Positions 40,601 to 52,891 of a stretch of DNA of 64,000 bases are shown in pieces; the stretch's first letter is position 1, and each line of letters opens with the position of its first letter. The position numbers and the translations under genes are program-made. The notes beneath the pieces are model-generated. The model had not been told where the DNA came from and ran no database searches. It saw nothing but the letters and a program-made list of their open reading frames with translations. This DNA is from Somniosus microcephalus (taxonomy: Eukaryota), in contig CM126225.1 of NCBI GenBank assembly GCA_052327205.1, positions 13,578,001-13,642,000 of the forward strand. The letters run 5' to 3'.

Positions 40601-41425
40601 TACATAAGATATATGGCACAGAAACAGGCCATTCGGCCCAACCAGTCCATGCCAACGTTCATGCTCCACTCGAGCCTCCTCCCGTCTTTGTTCATCTAAC
40701 TCAGCAGCAGAACCCTCTGTTCCCGTCTCCCTCATATGCTTATCTCGCCTCCCCTTAAATGCATCTATACTATTTGCCTCAACCACTCCCTGTGGTAGCG
40801 AGTTCCACATTCTCTGGGTAAAGAAGTGTCTTCTGAATTCCCAATTTGATTTCTTGGTGACTCTCTTATATTGATGGTCTCTAGTTTTGCTCTCCCCCAC
40901 AAGTGGAAACACTCTCTCTGTATTTACTCGATCAAAACCTTTCATAATTTTAAAGACCTCTATTCAGTCCCCCCCCCCCCAAAAGAGAAAGGAGACCCAA
41001 CCTGCTCATCCTTTCCTGATGGGTATACCCTCTCATTTCTGGTATCATCCTTGTAAATCTTCTCTGCACCCTCTCCTGTGCCTCTATATCCTTTCTATAT
41101 ATATAAAAATTGCCCCACTATTTCTTTAAAATTATGGCGACCAGAATTGTACGCAGTACTCCCAAGTGTGGTCTGACTAAGGTTTGATGCAAGTTTAGCA
41201 TAACTTCACTACTTTTCAATTCTATCCCTCTAGAAATAAACCCTAGTGCTTGGTTTGCTTTTTTATGGCCCTGTTAACCTGTGTCGCTACTTTTAGTGAT
41301 TTGTGTATTTGTACTCGGATTCCTTTGCTCCTCTACCCCATTGAGACTCGCACCCTCCAAGTAATGTGATCTTCCTACCAAAATGTAATACCTCACATTG
41401 ATCTGTGTTGAAATTAATTTGCCAA
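40601..41425 (-). mobile_element. CR1 LINE 3' portion (same subfamily as 46180-46718)
   Basis: ORF 40448..40945 reads MKGFDRVNTERVFPLVGESKTR...MWNSLPQGVVEANSIDAFKG. Confidence 0.9.
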
Positions 41426-42482
41426 TGATCTCCTGAATCAAGTGGAATCTGAAAGACATCCAAGACAGGAAATTTGAGTGATGCTCAAGAATATTCTCAA
41501 ATAAAAGCAGCTTCAAGAGCTTGAAGCAATCTGCCTCTTAGCGAAAACAAAAAACTGCCATTTTTCAGGCTCCAAATGTCATATCACGGGGTCAGAAAGG
41601 TGAAGCCAAGTAAAGCCAACAACAACTTGCACTGATATCGTAGCTTTAACATGAAAAATTGCCCCACTATTTCTTTAAAATTATGTTTCACGTACTTGCT
41701 CCCAGACCATACCAACACTGCTCTGAAACTGGTCGTTAGGATGTGTTCAAGAGCAGCCATGTAGATACTTCCTCCCTCTCTGCATGAGGAGACCTGGTCT
41801 TCACTCAACACTTGCCACACAACCACAGCCAAGACTCAGAACTCAGCATATGGGAGAAATTGCAAATATGTTTCTATGAAACTGCACTGCTCAAATATAC
41901 ACCCAACCCCAGAGTACTGCCGTACAAAATAGACCGATCTTCCAACCCTTTTTCATATGCCAGACTAACCCTAGTCTCAAAGATTGGAAGCAGTAGGTGC
42001 TGCACAGCACTGCTTCCCTATTATGCTCTGAAAGTTGTGCTGAAACACAAGCATAAAACAGGGATAAGCACACACGATGCTCCTCTCTTTAGATTTGGCA
42101 GAAGAAATTACCTTTTGTTTGCTGTTTCATGTTTCCTCTATGCCACAATAGACATGTTGCCTGTGTGCTCATGAGTGCTTAACACCTCCCTCATTTAACA
42201 ACTAAATTAGTTAGATGGACAAGATTAGACACCAAAATGTTAACTGTCCATTAAATAATTTTTTGCACCTTTTAAACATTGCTTAAGCTTACCAGATGCA
42301 TACACCAGTTTAGATAAAAACCAAGAACGAGACACTATTGACTGAGAACTCGCAGCTCAAGCTGCTTGCATGCAAACATTTTCCCTTTATTGGTTCTTCC
42401 CATTTTGTTGAAATTCATTTTAAATCCACACATTATGCAAGGGGAAGACATTGGTCACCAGCAGTTATTGGGAAGGCTTCTC

Positions 42483-43887
42483 AGAACATAAGAAATAGGA
42501 GCAGGAGTCAGCCATTTGGCCCCTCGAGCCTGCTCTGCCATTCAATAAAATCATGGCTGATCTTCTACCTCCACTCCACTTTCCTGCACTATCCCCATAT
42601 CCCTTGATTCTCTTAATAGCCAAAAATCTATCGATCTCTGTCTTGAATATACTCAACGACTGAGCCTCCACAGCCCTCTGGGGTAGAGAATTTCAAAGAT
42701 TCACCACCCTCAGTGAAGAAATTTCTCATCTCAGTCCTAAATGGCTGACCCCTTATTCTGAGACTGTGACCCCTGGTTCTAGACTCCCCAACCAGGGAAA
42801 AATATCCTCCCTGCATCTACCCTGTCAAGCCCTGTAAGAATTTTCAATGAGATCACCTCTCATTCTTCTAAACTCTAGAGAATATAGTCCTAGTCTACTC
42901 AATCTCTCCTCATAGGACAATCCCCCCATCACAGGAATCAGTCTGGTGAACCTTTGTTGCACTCCCTCTATGGCAAGTATATCCTTCCTTAGGTAAGGAG
43001 ACCAAAACTGTACACAATACTCCAGGTGTGGTCTCACCAGGGATCTATAAAATTGCAGCAAGACATCTTTACTCTTATACTCAAATCCTCTTGTAATAAA
43101 GGCCAACATACCATTTGCTTTCCTAATTGCTTGCTGTACCTGCATGTTAACTTTCAGTGATTTGTGTACAAGGACACCCAGGTCCCTCTGAACACCAACA
43201 TTTCCCAATCGCTCACCATTTAAAAAATACTCTGCTTTTCTATTTTTCCTACCAAAGTGGATAACTTCACATTTCTCCACATTATATGCCATTTGCCATG
43301 TTCTTGGCCACTCACTTAGTCTGTCTATATCCCCTTGAAGCCTCTTTGCATCCTCCTCACAACTTACATTCCCACCCAGCTATGTATCAGCAGCAAACTT
43401 GGATATATTACATTTGGTCCCCTAATCCAAATCATTGACATAGATTGTGAATAGCTGAGGCCCAAGCACTGATCCTTGTGGTACCCCACTAGTTACAGCC
43501 TGCCAACCCGAAAATGATCCGTTTATTCCTACTCTCCATTTTCTGTCCATTAACCAATCCATGCTAGTATATTACCCCCAATCCCATGAGCCATAATTTT
43601 GTTTAATAACCTCGTGTGGCACCTTATCGAATGCCTTCTGAAAATCCAAATACACCACATCCACTGGTTTCCCCTTATCTATTCTGCTAGTTACCACCTC
43701 AGATCCGTCAAACACGATTTCCCTTTCATAAATCCGTGTCAACTCTGCCCAATCCTATTATTATTTTCTAAGCGCCCTGTTACCACATCCTTAATAATAG
43801 ATTCTAGCATTTTCCCTACTACTGATATCAGGCTAACTGGTCTGTAGTTCCCCATTTTCTCTCTCCCTTCTTTCTTAAATAGTGGGG
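42483..43887 (-). mobile_element. CR1 LINE 3' portion including much of the RT domain (decayed)
   Basis: ORF 42825..43292 (KCEVIHFG...LVRPHLEYCVQFWSPYLRKD...RRMRGDLIE) and ORF 43739..43978 (GNYRPVSLISVVGKMLESII). The tail is agaacataagaa. Confidence 0.93.
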
Positions 43888-43926
43888 AATCTAATGCAAA
43901 TGTTAAAAACCAGGAGTTAATATTAA

Positions 43927-44334
43927 ACAAAAAGACTTGCATTTCTATAGTGCCTTTCACAACCTCAGGACATCCCAAAGCACTTTACAGCCAATGAAGT
44001 ACTTTTGAAGTGTAGTCATCGTTGTAATGTAGGAAATGCGGCAGCCAATTTGCACACAGCAAGCTCTCGCAAACAGTAATGTGATAATCACCACATAATG
44101 ATCTTGGGATAAATATTGGCCGGGACACCGGGGATAACTCCCCTGCTCTTCTTCCAAGTAGTGCCATGGGATCTTTTATGTCCACCTGAGAGCAGACAGG
44201 GACTCAGTTTAACACCTCAGCCGAAAGACGGCACCTCCGACAGTGCAGCACTTCCTCAGCACTGCACTGGAGTGACAGCCTAATTTTTTGTTCTCAAGTC
44301 TCTGGAGTGGAACTTGAACCCACAACCTTCTGAC
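43927..44334 (-). mobile_element. DeuSINE (SacSINE1-type)
   Basis: tRNA-like B box, Deu-domain motifs (aaaagatcccatggcact, gaagagcagggg, ccggtgtcccggccaatatt) and an L2-like tail ctatagaaatgcaagtc. Confidence 0.85.
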
Positions 44335-44738
44335 AAGTGGCTAAACAAAGAAGGATTAAAATAGGAAAAAAAATCTCAATGTTGCTTACTTATAGGGATT
44401 CCTGTATTTTACAGGAAAATGTTAAGATTTGGATTCAGGAAGGAAAATAGCAAAAGCACCAGAGGTTTTGGCTTCCTCTGTTTTCTATCACATTACTAGC
44501 TGATGGTTCTAGAATCTAAAACAGCACAAGGTGTAGCATATTCTGGGCATGCAAAACATACTGTGTACATTTGTTCAAAAGCAAATTATTGTAGCTGCTG
44601 GAAATCTGAAATAAAAACAGAAAATGCTGGAAATACTCAGCAGGTCAGGCAGCATCTGTGGAGAGAGAAACACAAGTGTTAACGTTTCATGTCGATGATC
44701 TTTCACAGCAATTTACTTGCACTTCTTTCAACTTAGTA

Positions 44739-45090
44739 CAGGAAACTGTGTGTTATCCGGAGGCTAAATGTCCGGCAAGCTCGAGCCACCGGCAAAAATC
44801 AGGAGCCGTTTTGTTAGGTTTTTTTTCTTTTTGTTGCTTTTTTCTCTTTTCGTTGCTTTTTTCTCAACAGTCAAGCTCTGCAAGGTCTCGCTGAAGCTGT
44901 TGCTAAGCTACAGAGACGCTTGCAAGGTACGGCCGACTGTTTAGAAGTTGTTGCTAAGTAATAGGGTTTGTTGCCAGATACGGAGCTTAAAATCTCCGTA
45001 TGTTTCAACATTAGCGCTGGTTTGTCCGGCAGTTTTGATCTAACGGCAACAGCTCGGTCCCGTCGGTGCCGGATAGCACAAAGTTTCCTG
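44739..45090. mobile_element. Tc1/mariner-type MITE (352 bp), TA TSD, copy B
   Basis: TA|caggaaactgtgtgttatccgg...ccggatagcacaaagtttcctg|TA. It is the reverse-complement homolog of 18915-19248. Confidence 0.9.
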
Positions 45091-45895
45091 TATACTATAT
45101 TCGTTGCTCATGATGCAGTCTCCTCTACACTGGGGAGACCAAATGTAGATTGGGTAATTGCTTTGCTGAATACGTTCTTCAGTCCGCAAACAAGACATTG
45201 AGCTTCCGGTTGCTTGCCATTTTTATTTACCGTCCCACTCAGTCCTCTGCCTCCTACACTGTTCCAATGAAGCTCAAAGAACAGCACCTCATCTTTCGAT
45301 TAGGCAATTTACAATCTTCAACACTGGGTACAACAATTTCAGATCATAACCACTGCTTCCATTTTCCCAGACAACAGAGGCTGGTAATGTGAAATAAAAA
45401 CAGAAAATACTGCAAATATGCTGCCTGGCCGGCTTAGTCTTTCCAAGGTCAACGACATTCTGATTTGCGGAACACCTCCGCAAGCGTGACACCTCCGCAA
45501 GCGTGACCCTGAGTTTCCGGTCGCCTGTCACTTTAATTCTCCGCTCCACTCCCACTCTGACCTCTGTGTTCTCGGCCTCTTACACTGTTCTAACAATGCT
45601 CAACGTAAGCTCGAGGAACAGCAACTCATCTTTCTATTAGGCACTTTACAGCTTTCTGGATTCAACATCGAGTTCAGCCATTTCAGACCATAACCTCTGC
45701 CCCCATTTTTTCAGATGGCAGCTGTTGATTATTCTGCTATACCCATTTACACCTCTTCTAGACCCAACTTTTATTTCTTTACTTGTCCCATTACTGTCTC
45801 CTTTAGCTTTGTAGAATCATACCTTTTGTCATTTAATCACTCCTGCTTTCTACGCCTCTGTACTTGCTTAAAATCTGTTAAATCTCAAATTTTCC

Positions 45896-45932
45896 AGTTC
45901 TGACGAAAGGTCATCGACCTGAAACATTAACT
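45896..45932 (+). ncRNA. Minimal type I hammerhead ribozyme motif (Penelope-associated), stem III mutated
   Basis: agtt-CTGACGA-a-aggtc-atc-gacct-GAAAC-att-aact: intact CUGANGA and GAAA boxes, 5-bp stem II and agtt/aact stem I. The other copies have gaaacgtt. Confidence 0.7.
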
Positions 45933-46179
45933 CTGTTTCTCTCTCTACAGATGCTGCCTGACCTGCTGAGTATTTCCAGCATTTTCTGTTTTTATTTCAG
46001 ATTTCCAGCATCCGCAGTATTTTGCATTTGTATAGATGCTGGTAATGGTTCTGCTGTTGCCATTTACAGCTCCTCTGGAGCTATCTTTTGTTTCTTTACT
46101 TGTCCCATTACCACCCCCCACTGCCTTGCACTATCATCCTTTTTGTCAATTTATCACTCCTGCCCTCCACCCTATCACA

Positions 46180-46718
46180 CCTGGAGTACTGCGTACAGTT
46201 CTGGTCGCCATATTATAAAAAGAATAGAGAGGCACTGGAGAGGGTGCAGAGAAGATTTACAAGGATGATACCAGAAATGTGAGGGTATACATATCAGGAA
46301 AGGATGAACAGGCTGGGTCGCTGAGGGGTGACCTAATAGAGGTCTTTAAAATTATGAAAGGTTTTGATAGAGTGGATACAGAGAGAGTGTTTCCACTTGT
46401 GGGGAAGAGCATAACTAGAGGCCATCAATATAAGATATCACAAAGAAAGCCAATAGAGAATTCAGAAGAAACTTCTTCACCAGAGTGGTGAGAATGTGGA
46501 ACTCACTACCACAGGGAGTGGTTGAAGCAAATAGTATAGATGCATTTAAGGGGAGGCTAGAGAAGCATATGAGGGAGAAGGGAATAGAGGGTTCTGCTGA
46601 TAGATTTAGATGAGGAAAGACGGGAGGAGGCTCGAGTGGAGCATAATCACCGGCATGGACTGGTTGGGCCGAATGGCCTGTTTCTGTGCCGTATATCCTA
46701 TGTAATCCTATGTATGGA
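46180..46718 (+). mobile_element. 5'-truncated CR1 nested in a Penelope repeat
   Basis: HLEYCVQFWSPYYKK...LERVQRRFTRMIP, an atcctatgta tail, and a 6-bp TSD atcaca at 46174-46179 and 46719-46724. Confidence 0.9.
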
Positions 46719-46830
46719 ATCACAGACCTTCCCTTTTGTTCTTCCTTCCCCCCTCTCTCCCCACACCCCCTCCCTATTTTTCCCCTGGCTCTGTACTTGC
46801 TCATAAACGGTTAAAGCTCTAACTTATTCC

Positions 46831-46867
46831 AGTTTTGATGAAAAGTCATCGACCTGAAACGTTAACT
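46831..46867 (+). ncRNA. Second minimal hammerhead motif (C3U variant, one stem II mismatch)
   Basis: agtt-TTGATGA-a-aagtc-atc-gacct-GAAACGTT-aact. Confidence 0.6.
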
Positions 46868-47803
46868 CTTTCTCTCGCCACAGCTTTTCCAGCATTTTCT
46901 GTTTTTGCATGTGTATTTATTGTTTGGCAAGATAACCTTGCTCTTTTGAAGCATTTTTAAATCGATCGTCTCAGAATACTAAACCACAAAACACTAATAC
47001 AAGTCTAATACAGGAACAGAAATCAATTTACCAACCGTTGCATGCCAAAACAGGTTTTAAAAAATCAGTTCACTAGAAAACATGATCATAATGTAAGTCA
47101 GCAAAAACTGGAAAATTAGTGTTAATGCTCCACAATTACCAACATTACCTAAAGGGAATGCCCTAAACCAAATTCAATTTTCCACATTTGGTGAATACTT
47201 CAACTTTGTACATTAACTAATCTGATCCCACAGATCAGAACATATGGATCCAATTAAAACTAAAGGGAAGGATCAAGACAGGGTCCGAGATCCATTAAAA
47301 AAAAATCAGAATTATCAGTAGGATTATTATAGGCCAGAGAACAAAAGCCAAACAAAAAATGATCTTCTATAATCCCAAATGATGACTAAAGCAGCAGATA
47401 ACTGGAACTGAACTTGGCGTACAGTATTCCAAGTGTGGAGAACAAATCTGAAGGATTTCTCTTGCATAAGATGACAATACATTCATCTATCCACAACATT
47501 TATACCTCAGCAAAAACTGAAGGTAACTCTCTCTAGCAAGGCAGTTTTCGAAGAGGCTGTTCTGCAGCATGAAGCAGAGAGGAAAAGAAAAGAAAATCAT
47601 CTCGCCACAGATCCAAAGGAAATTCCAAACAGGGGTCTGAAGATACATATTGAATAACTCCACGATAAACGGCCAGTATGGTCAGATATAAAATGTTGGA
47701 ACAATTTGAAGGTGGTCTCCATCAGTTCCATATCCCCCCTTCAGGATGAATGCAAACCAGCCAGATTCCACGGTTAAGGACAGGCTGGACCTTTTTATAT
47801 GCT

Positions 47804-47916
47804 TTACATTTCAACAGTGACCAGATTTCAAAAGTACTTCATTGGCTGTAAAACGCTTTGGGACTTCCTGAAGTCGAGAAAGGCACCATATTAATATATG
47901 TCTTTCTTTTCTTTCT
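47804..47916 (+). mobile_element. DeuSINE 3' tail fragment
   Basis: caacagtgacc...ttcaaaagtacttcattggctgtaaaacgctttgggac. Confidence 0.7.
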
Positions 47917-49179
47917 TAAACTGGTCCTTCCTAACCCTATTGCTGGCCATCATGAATTAATAGCCAATCCAAAGTCTTCCTCTCCAAGCTCTGTTACATG
48001 TGGAATTCACCAGATTTGTTGAATAAAAAATGGACTGAGAGAGGGAGACTAATTTCTCATCAGAGGGAGGAAAAACAAAAACTTCCAATATCAGTGGAAG
48101 TGCAACCCCTATTACTGTTTGTTGTAGTGTTGTGAAGGAACTAACCCTACTCGAGGCAACAAAGAGAGTTTATTTTCAAGACTGTGTGTAGTTTTCAAAT
48201 CATTGGAAGATATGACAGATAGACCTTTCCAAATAGCTCAGTGAGTAATGGTCCCAGTTTTTACCCCTGCACTTTGGCAAGTTAAATCATTTGAAGCAAG
48301 GCGGCAATGGACATTGCAACTGGCCTCACTGTGCCCAGCCAGCCAGAGTTCACAGACCCAATCACTATGGAATGACCACTACTGGAAAATGCACGAGTGT
48401 GGACATCAGGACTGGATCAGGTTCAGCTTTGATGTCCTGTGTTATCAGTCAGCCAGTAGTCAGTGTCTAGGCTTGCACATGAAGCATGGCTGCTTGAGTA
48501 AATTATCCAAGGGCTGTCAGAACCCACAAAACTAGAACTAAGCATGATTCACCGCTGTCTGCAGAAAAGAAAGTAGACAAAATGTCCATCCATAACCTGG
48601 TACACGTGCATCAATCTCTTGTTCCACCAACTCCAAAAGTCTCGACTTTGAATTGTGTGGAGAGGGGAGAGGTCATTCTAAAGAAAACAAGGCTAAGTTG
48701 GATGACAAGCCAGCACAAGTGTCAAAGCGGCAACAGGTATTTCTCCATGCATTTACATTTATAATGCATGCTGGAAGGAGTGCGAAAGAGAAAAATCACA
48801 GTATCCAGGAAAAGCCCGAATGTGATCTGGGAGCACAGACTTGCATGCGACAGATACAACAAATTCAGATTTGAGAAAAATGTAGGAAGAAGCAATACTG
48901 CCAACCTTTCGAATGTGCAGAAAGTAAATGTGACCTACAAGGGTAGACAGAATGCCATAGAAAATTATAAAGTGGTCTTCAGTCTCACACTCAAACGTTT
49001 GCGCATGGTCCAGGGTACATGGAGAATAAATTGGAAAGTCTGTATTCAGCACTCTCAATTTGACCACATAGAAACACAAAGTTTTCACTATCATTAATAT
49101 CTTTCATTTAGCTCATAAATAAAATGAATGTGGCATATATCGTTTAGAAACATTATTTTACATCAATTCCATTTTTTAT

Positions 49180-49619
49180 GATGAATGTGTGCTCAAGTGA
49201 GCAATACCAGTGCTGGAAAATGAATTATTTTTCCACTTTGGCTATCCAGTGACAGCATCAAGCATTTCCAAGCTGGATATACTATAGAGAAGCTCAAAAT
49301 TAAGTTCCTTCCTCTTTGCTCTTAAGAGAGAAAGGGCTTCACTCCAATCTCAGAAAAGCACCCCACTGAACTGTATGCACGTTTCCATTTCCCACTTCAA
49401 CCATTATGGTGGGAGAGAGACTGCCAATATAATGCCAATTCGTGATAGGTTGTGTTTGTTATGGGACTGCTCCCAAAAAGAGGAACGATGCAACCGTTTC
49501 AAACACGATCCTCAAAACGATCAGGAAATAGAGACTTTCACCCATTACATATGGTCTCAATTCAAACCCAGCTCCGAGAGCTGAAGTGTTAGTGTGCTCA
49601 CTGCATCACCCAGTCCCCT
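49180..49619 (-). mobile_element. Ancient LF-SINE-like element
   Basis: Minus-strand head ggggactgggtgatgcagtgag and end cttggaaatgcttgatgctg...cagcactggtattgctcacttgagcacacattcat, shared with 14703-15082. Confidence 0.4.
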
Positions 49620-49961
49620 ACAATTTTTATTTTTTAAATAATTCCTTTCTATGAGATAACTACTTATACAATTTTTTCCCCAGTCTACACAGGTCAACAG
49701 TCACATCCGTTTTAATTAATGAAATGGATTAAAATACTTACACCCAAGAATAAAGGAAAATAAAAGTGCCAACGCATTAACCATACTTATCTGTCAAATA
49801 GAGACAATGCCTCAGGAAAGCTCCTGATATATTCCGTATCGTTGACTCACAGATTAACAGGAGCCCTGTTCTTGCACAAACTTGTTATGAAGCAAGTTTT
49901 GCCCCACACAGATAATTTGCTACATTTTGCTTACAAACAGGGTATCGGAAAGAAATCTCAT

Positions 49962-50414
49962 CCTTGGATTAGTGGTAGCACTCGCACCTCTGAGTTAGAT
50001 GGGCATGGGTTCCAGCCCACACCAGAGACCTGAGCACATGATCTCGGCTGACACATCAGTGCAGTGCTGAGAGATTGCTGCACTGTCGGAGGTGCCATTT
50101 TCAATGAAATGTTAAACCGAGGCCCCATCTGCCCTCTCGGGTGGGCATTTAAAAGCCCATTGGCACTATAGGAAGAGCAGGTAGTTTCTTCAATGTGCTG
50201 GCCAACATTTAGCCCTCAACCAATATTACTAAAACAGATTATCTAGTCATTTATCTCATGGTGTTTGTGGAACCTTACTGTCTGCAAACTAGCTGCCACA
50301 TTTGCCTACATTATAATAGCGACTACACTTTGAAAACAATCATTGGCATGAAGCACTTTGGGATGTCCTGAGGTTGTGAATGGTGCTATATAAATGCAAG
50401 TTCTTTCTTTCTTT
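49962..50414 (+). mobile_element. DeuSINE (SacSINE1-type), near full length
   Basis: tRNA-like head agtggtagcactcgcacctctgagt, Deu motifs gttaaaccgaggccccatctgcc and tail gctatataaatgcaagttctttctttc. It is an inverted homolog of 43927-44334. Confidence 0.85.
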
Positions 50415-50841
50415 AAACCTGCAACAGATGGAAGTGGGATGGGCCACTGCTCTCGCTGTGGGTGGGGAACTCTTATGCAAGCTATTGGGCTCAAAGAAGT
50501 CTGGATAGAGTCCCAGTTTGCAAAAGAATTCTCAGACATAAATAGCTGCATACTCTGCAAGCATTGCAATTATCAAGTGAATTATGCCAAGACTTTCTTC
50601 CTCCAAAAGTAGAGTTCAAAGGTGTTCAATAACCTTTGTCTTAGCTGCGAACAGATTCAGATCTAGCAGTGGACGGGGTATGGCCTGAATAAATATGGCC
50701 ATTAATAGTATAATCCATCAAAGCAGATGTGATGCATTGGTTCTGCTACACATGTTGCAAGATCATGCAAAGCTGCTAAATAAATTTTCAAGACATCCTC
50801 ATTCGGTAGCCTGTCTCAATTCTTTGTTAACTTTTTAAAAA

Positions 50842-51145
50842 ATTCATTCATGGGATGTGGGCAAGGCCAGCATTTTATTGCCCATCCCTAATTGCTCTAG
50901 AGAAGGTGGTGGTGAGCCGCTTTCTTGAACCGCTGCAGTCTGTGAGGTGAAGGTGCTCCCACAGTGCTGTTAGGGAGGGAGTTCCAGGATTTTGACCCAG
51001 CGATGATGAAGGAATGGTGATATATTTCCAAGTCAGGATAGTGTGTTTGACTTGGAGGGGAACTTGGAGGTGATGGTGTTCCCATTCACCTGCTGCACTT
51101 GTCCTTCTAAGTGGTAGAAGTGGGTTCGGGAGGTGCTGTCAAAGA
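50842..51145 (-). mobile_element. 3' end of a CR1/L2-group LINE
   Basis: ORF 50897..51085 reads GSKSWNSLPNSTVGAPSPHRLQRFKKAAHHHLL, and the tail is atgaatgaat. Confidence 0.78.
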
Positions 51146-51204
51146 AACTGGTGCCAAGTCAACAGGTGAGTATTGAGAGAGGTCAGAGTAAAGAAACAAG
51201 GTCC

Positions 51205-51690
51205 TGGGGATCTGGGTAGCGCATTGAACTATAACAGTAGGTTTGAATCCCACACTGCTCATTGGAAAGAAAATCTGTTTTCTGATGGCTGTAAGGTTTA
51301 TACATTAAATTAATTTATTCTATTCCCCAGCATTAACATCCCCCATTTCAATGAGAATAAAATTAAAAGTTCTTTTAAAAAAAAAAAAATTTTAAAAAAA
51401 TAGCTTGGACAGTTTCAAGTTAATGACCATCGGTCCACAATACAGTTACTCTTAATCTTTATATTTCAGAGGGACGCTCAAGGACAGCTGGTGTATTTAA
51501 CAGAGAATATCACATTATTATGGTACCAAGTCATCTTCTGAGATCGGGTTTAACAAACATTGTTGAGGCTTTACTGTAGCTGGGTATCTATACCTGATGT
51601 GGGATTGTTTGCTGACATCAGGAGATGCTTGAAGCATTCTCTTACTCAGGGCTGCCATCCCTTACTTTGATAAGCACATAAATTCACTAA
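51205..51690 (+). mobile_element. Ancient LF-SINE-like element
   Basis: B-box ggtttgaatcc, body motif tctgatggctgt and 3' end agcacataaattcact. Confidence 0.4.
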
Positions 51691-52720
51691 AACTGTGTCA
51701 ATCTTGAGTTCTTCTACTTCTGCTTGAGCAGGATACAGAAGCCAGCAGCTACAATATCAGACATGGCCGATGAACACACAGTAGTCAAGGTGTTCCTTGA
51801 ATCCAACACCAGTTAGCTTCAAGTTTTAGAACAAGAGCTGGAGAAGCGTACATGAGTTCTGGAGGACTCGCATGCTTCACTTTTGGTCCATGCTTACAAA
51901 TGACCTGTATTCATTCCTCCATTGGACTTTACAATGCAGCTGTGGATTCGGAGGCCTCACTGATGTGTAGTACATCAAATGATGAGAAATAATGAACACT
52001 CAGAAGAAAGGATTCAGAGTCGTGGGCTGTTTTCCAGTATGTTTGAATACAAATAAGGCCATTAGGACTGATCATTAGCACCTTGGATTTACTAAAATCT
52101 TGCGTACTAACTCCAGGAATTTCCCTCTGAGAAACTGAACAGCTCAAATAAGTGACCAGGCTGAAATCAGACCCAATCAAATAGGAAAGGATAGTCACAA
52201 TATACCAAATACTTTACAAGTATATCAACCAAATATAAAATACAGTTTTTTTTAATGATGATCCCAATCTTTCAAGCTCAGCATATCAGTTTCCAATGTG
52301 TGATAGATGGGGAAGAGGTCAGAAAGTTAAGTTCTTCCTTTTTAAGAAATGCCAGTTTTTTTGAATCCTCATTCATTACACAATACTAGAATATGTATCT
52401 AATTACAAGTACTGCATGTCAAAGAAGATTGTTTAAACTAATGTAAAAGAAATCACTAGGGTCTCAAATTCCCTTAAGTGTAAGTTTAGAGCCAAATTCA
52501 CCACCCAGAGAACAGAAAAAAAAGAGGAAAAAAATAGAAACACAGCGAGAATGAGCTAAAATTAAAAGCAGGTTTCTACCTACAGACAGTATGATACAAA
52601 TATCCATTGTTTCCATATTAAACTTTAGAGGGAAACAAACTATAAAAACTATGCACATTTTTATTGTACTTGGACATGTTCTCAAAAACAACATTTTTCA
52701 TAAGTTAAAAAGGTGTTTCA

Positions 52721-52891
<171 letters not shown>

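Larger units (their letters stand above)
44575..46908 (+). mobile_element. Penelope-like element cluster: inverted 5' repeat, decayed GIY-YIG endonuclease and tandem terminal repeats with hammerhead motifs
   Basis: Removing the MITE at 44739-45090 plus one TA restores FTCTSFNLV|YYIRCS*CSLLYTGETKCRLGNCFAEY (GIY-YIG-like). An inverted terminal repeat is at 44575-44708 and direct ones end at ~46030 and ~46908. Confidence 0.85.

Noticed and set aside
42483-43887. Functional reverse transcriptase gene
   Set aside because: 5'-truncated CR1 with frameshifts and stops.
45470-45507. 18-bp tandem duplication acacctccgcaagcgtga
   Set aside because: Ordinary slippage duplication inside a dead Penelope fragment.
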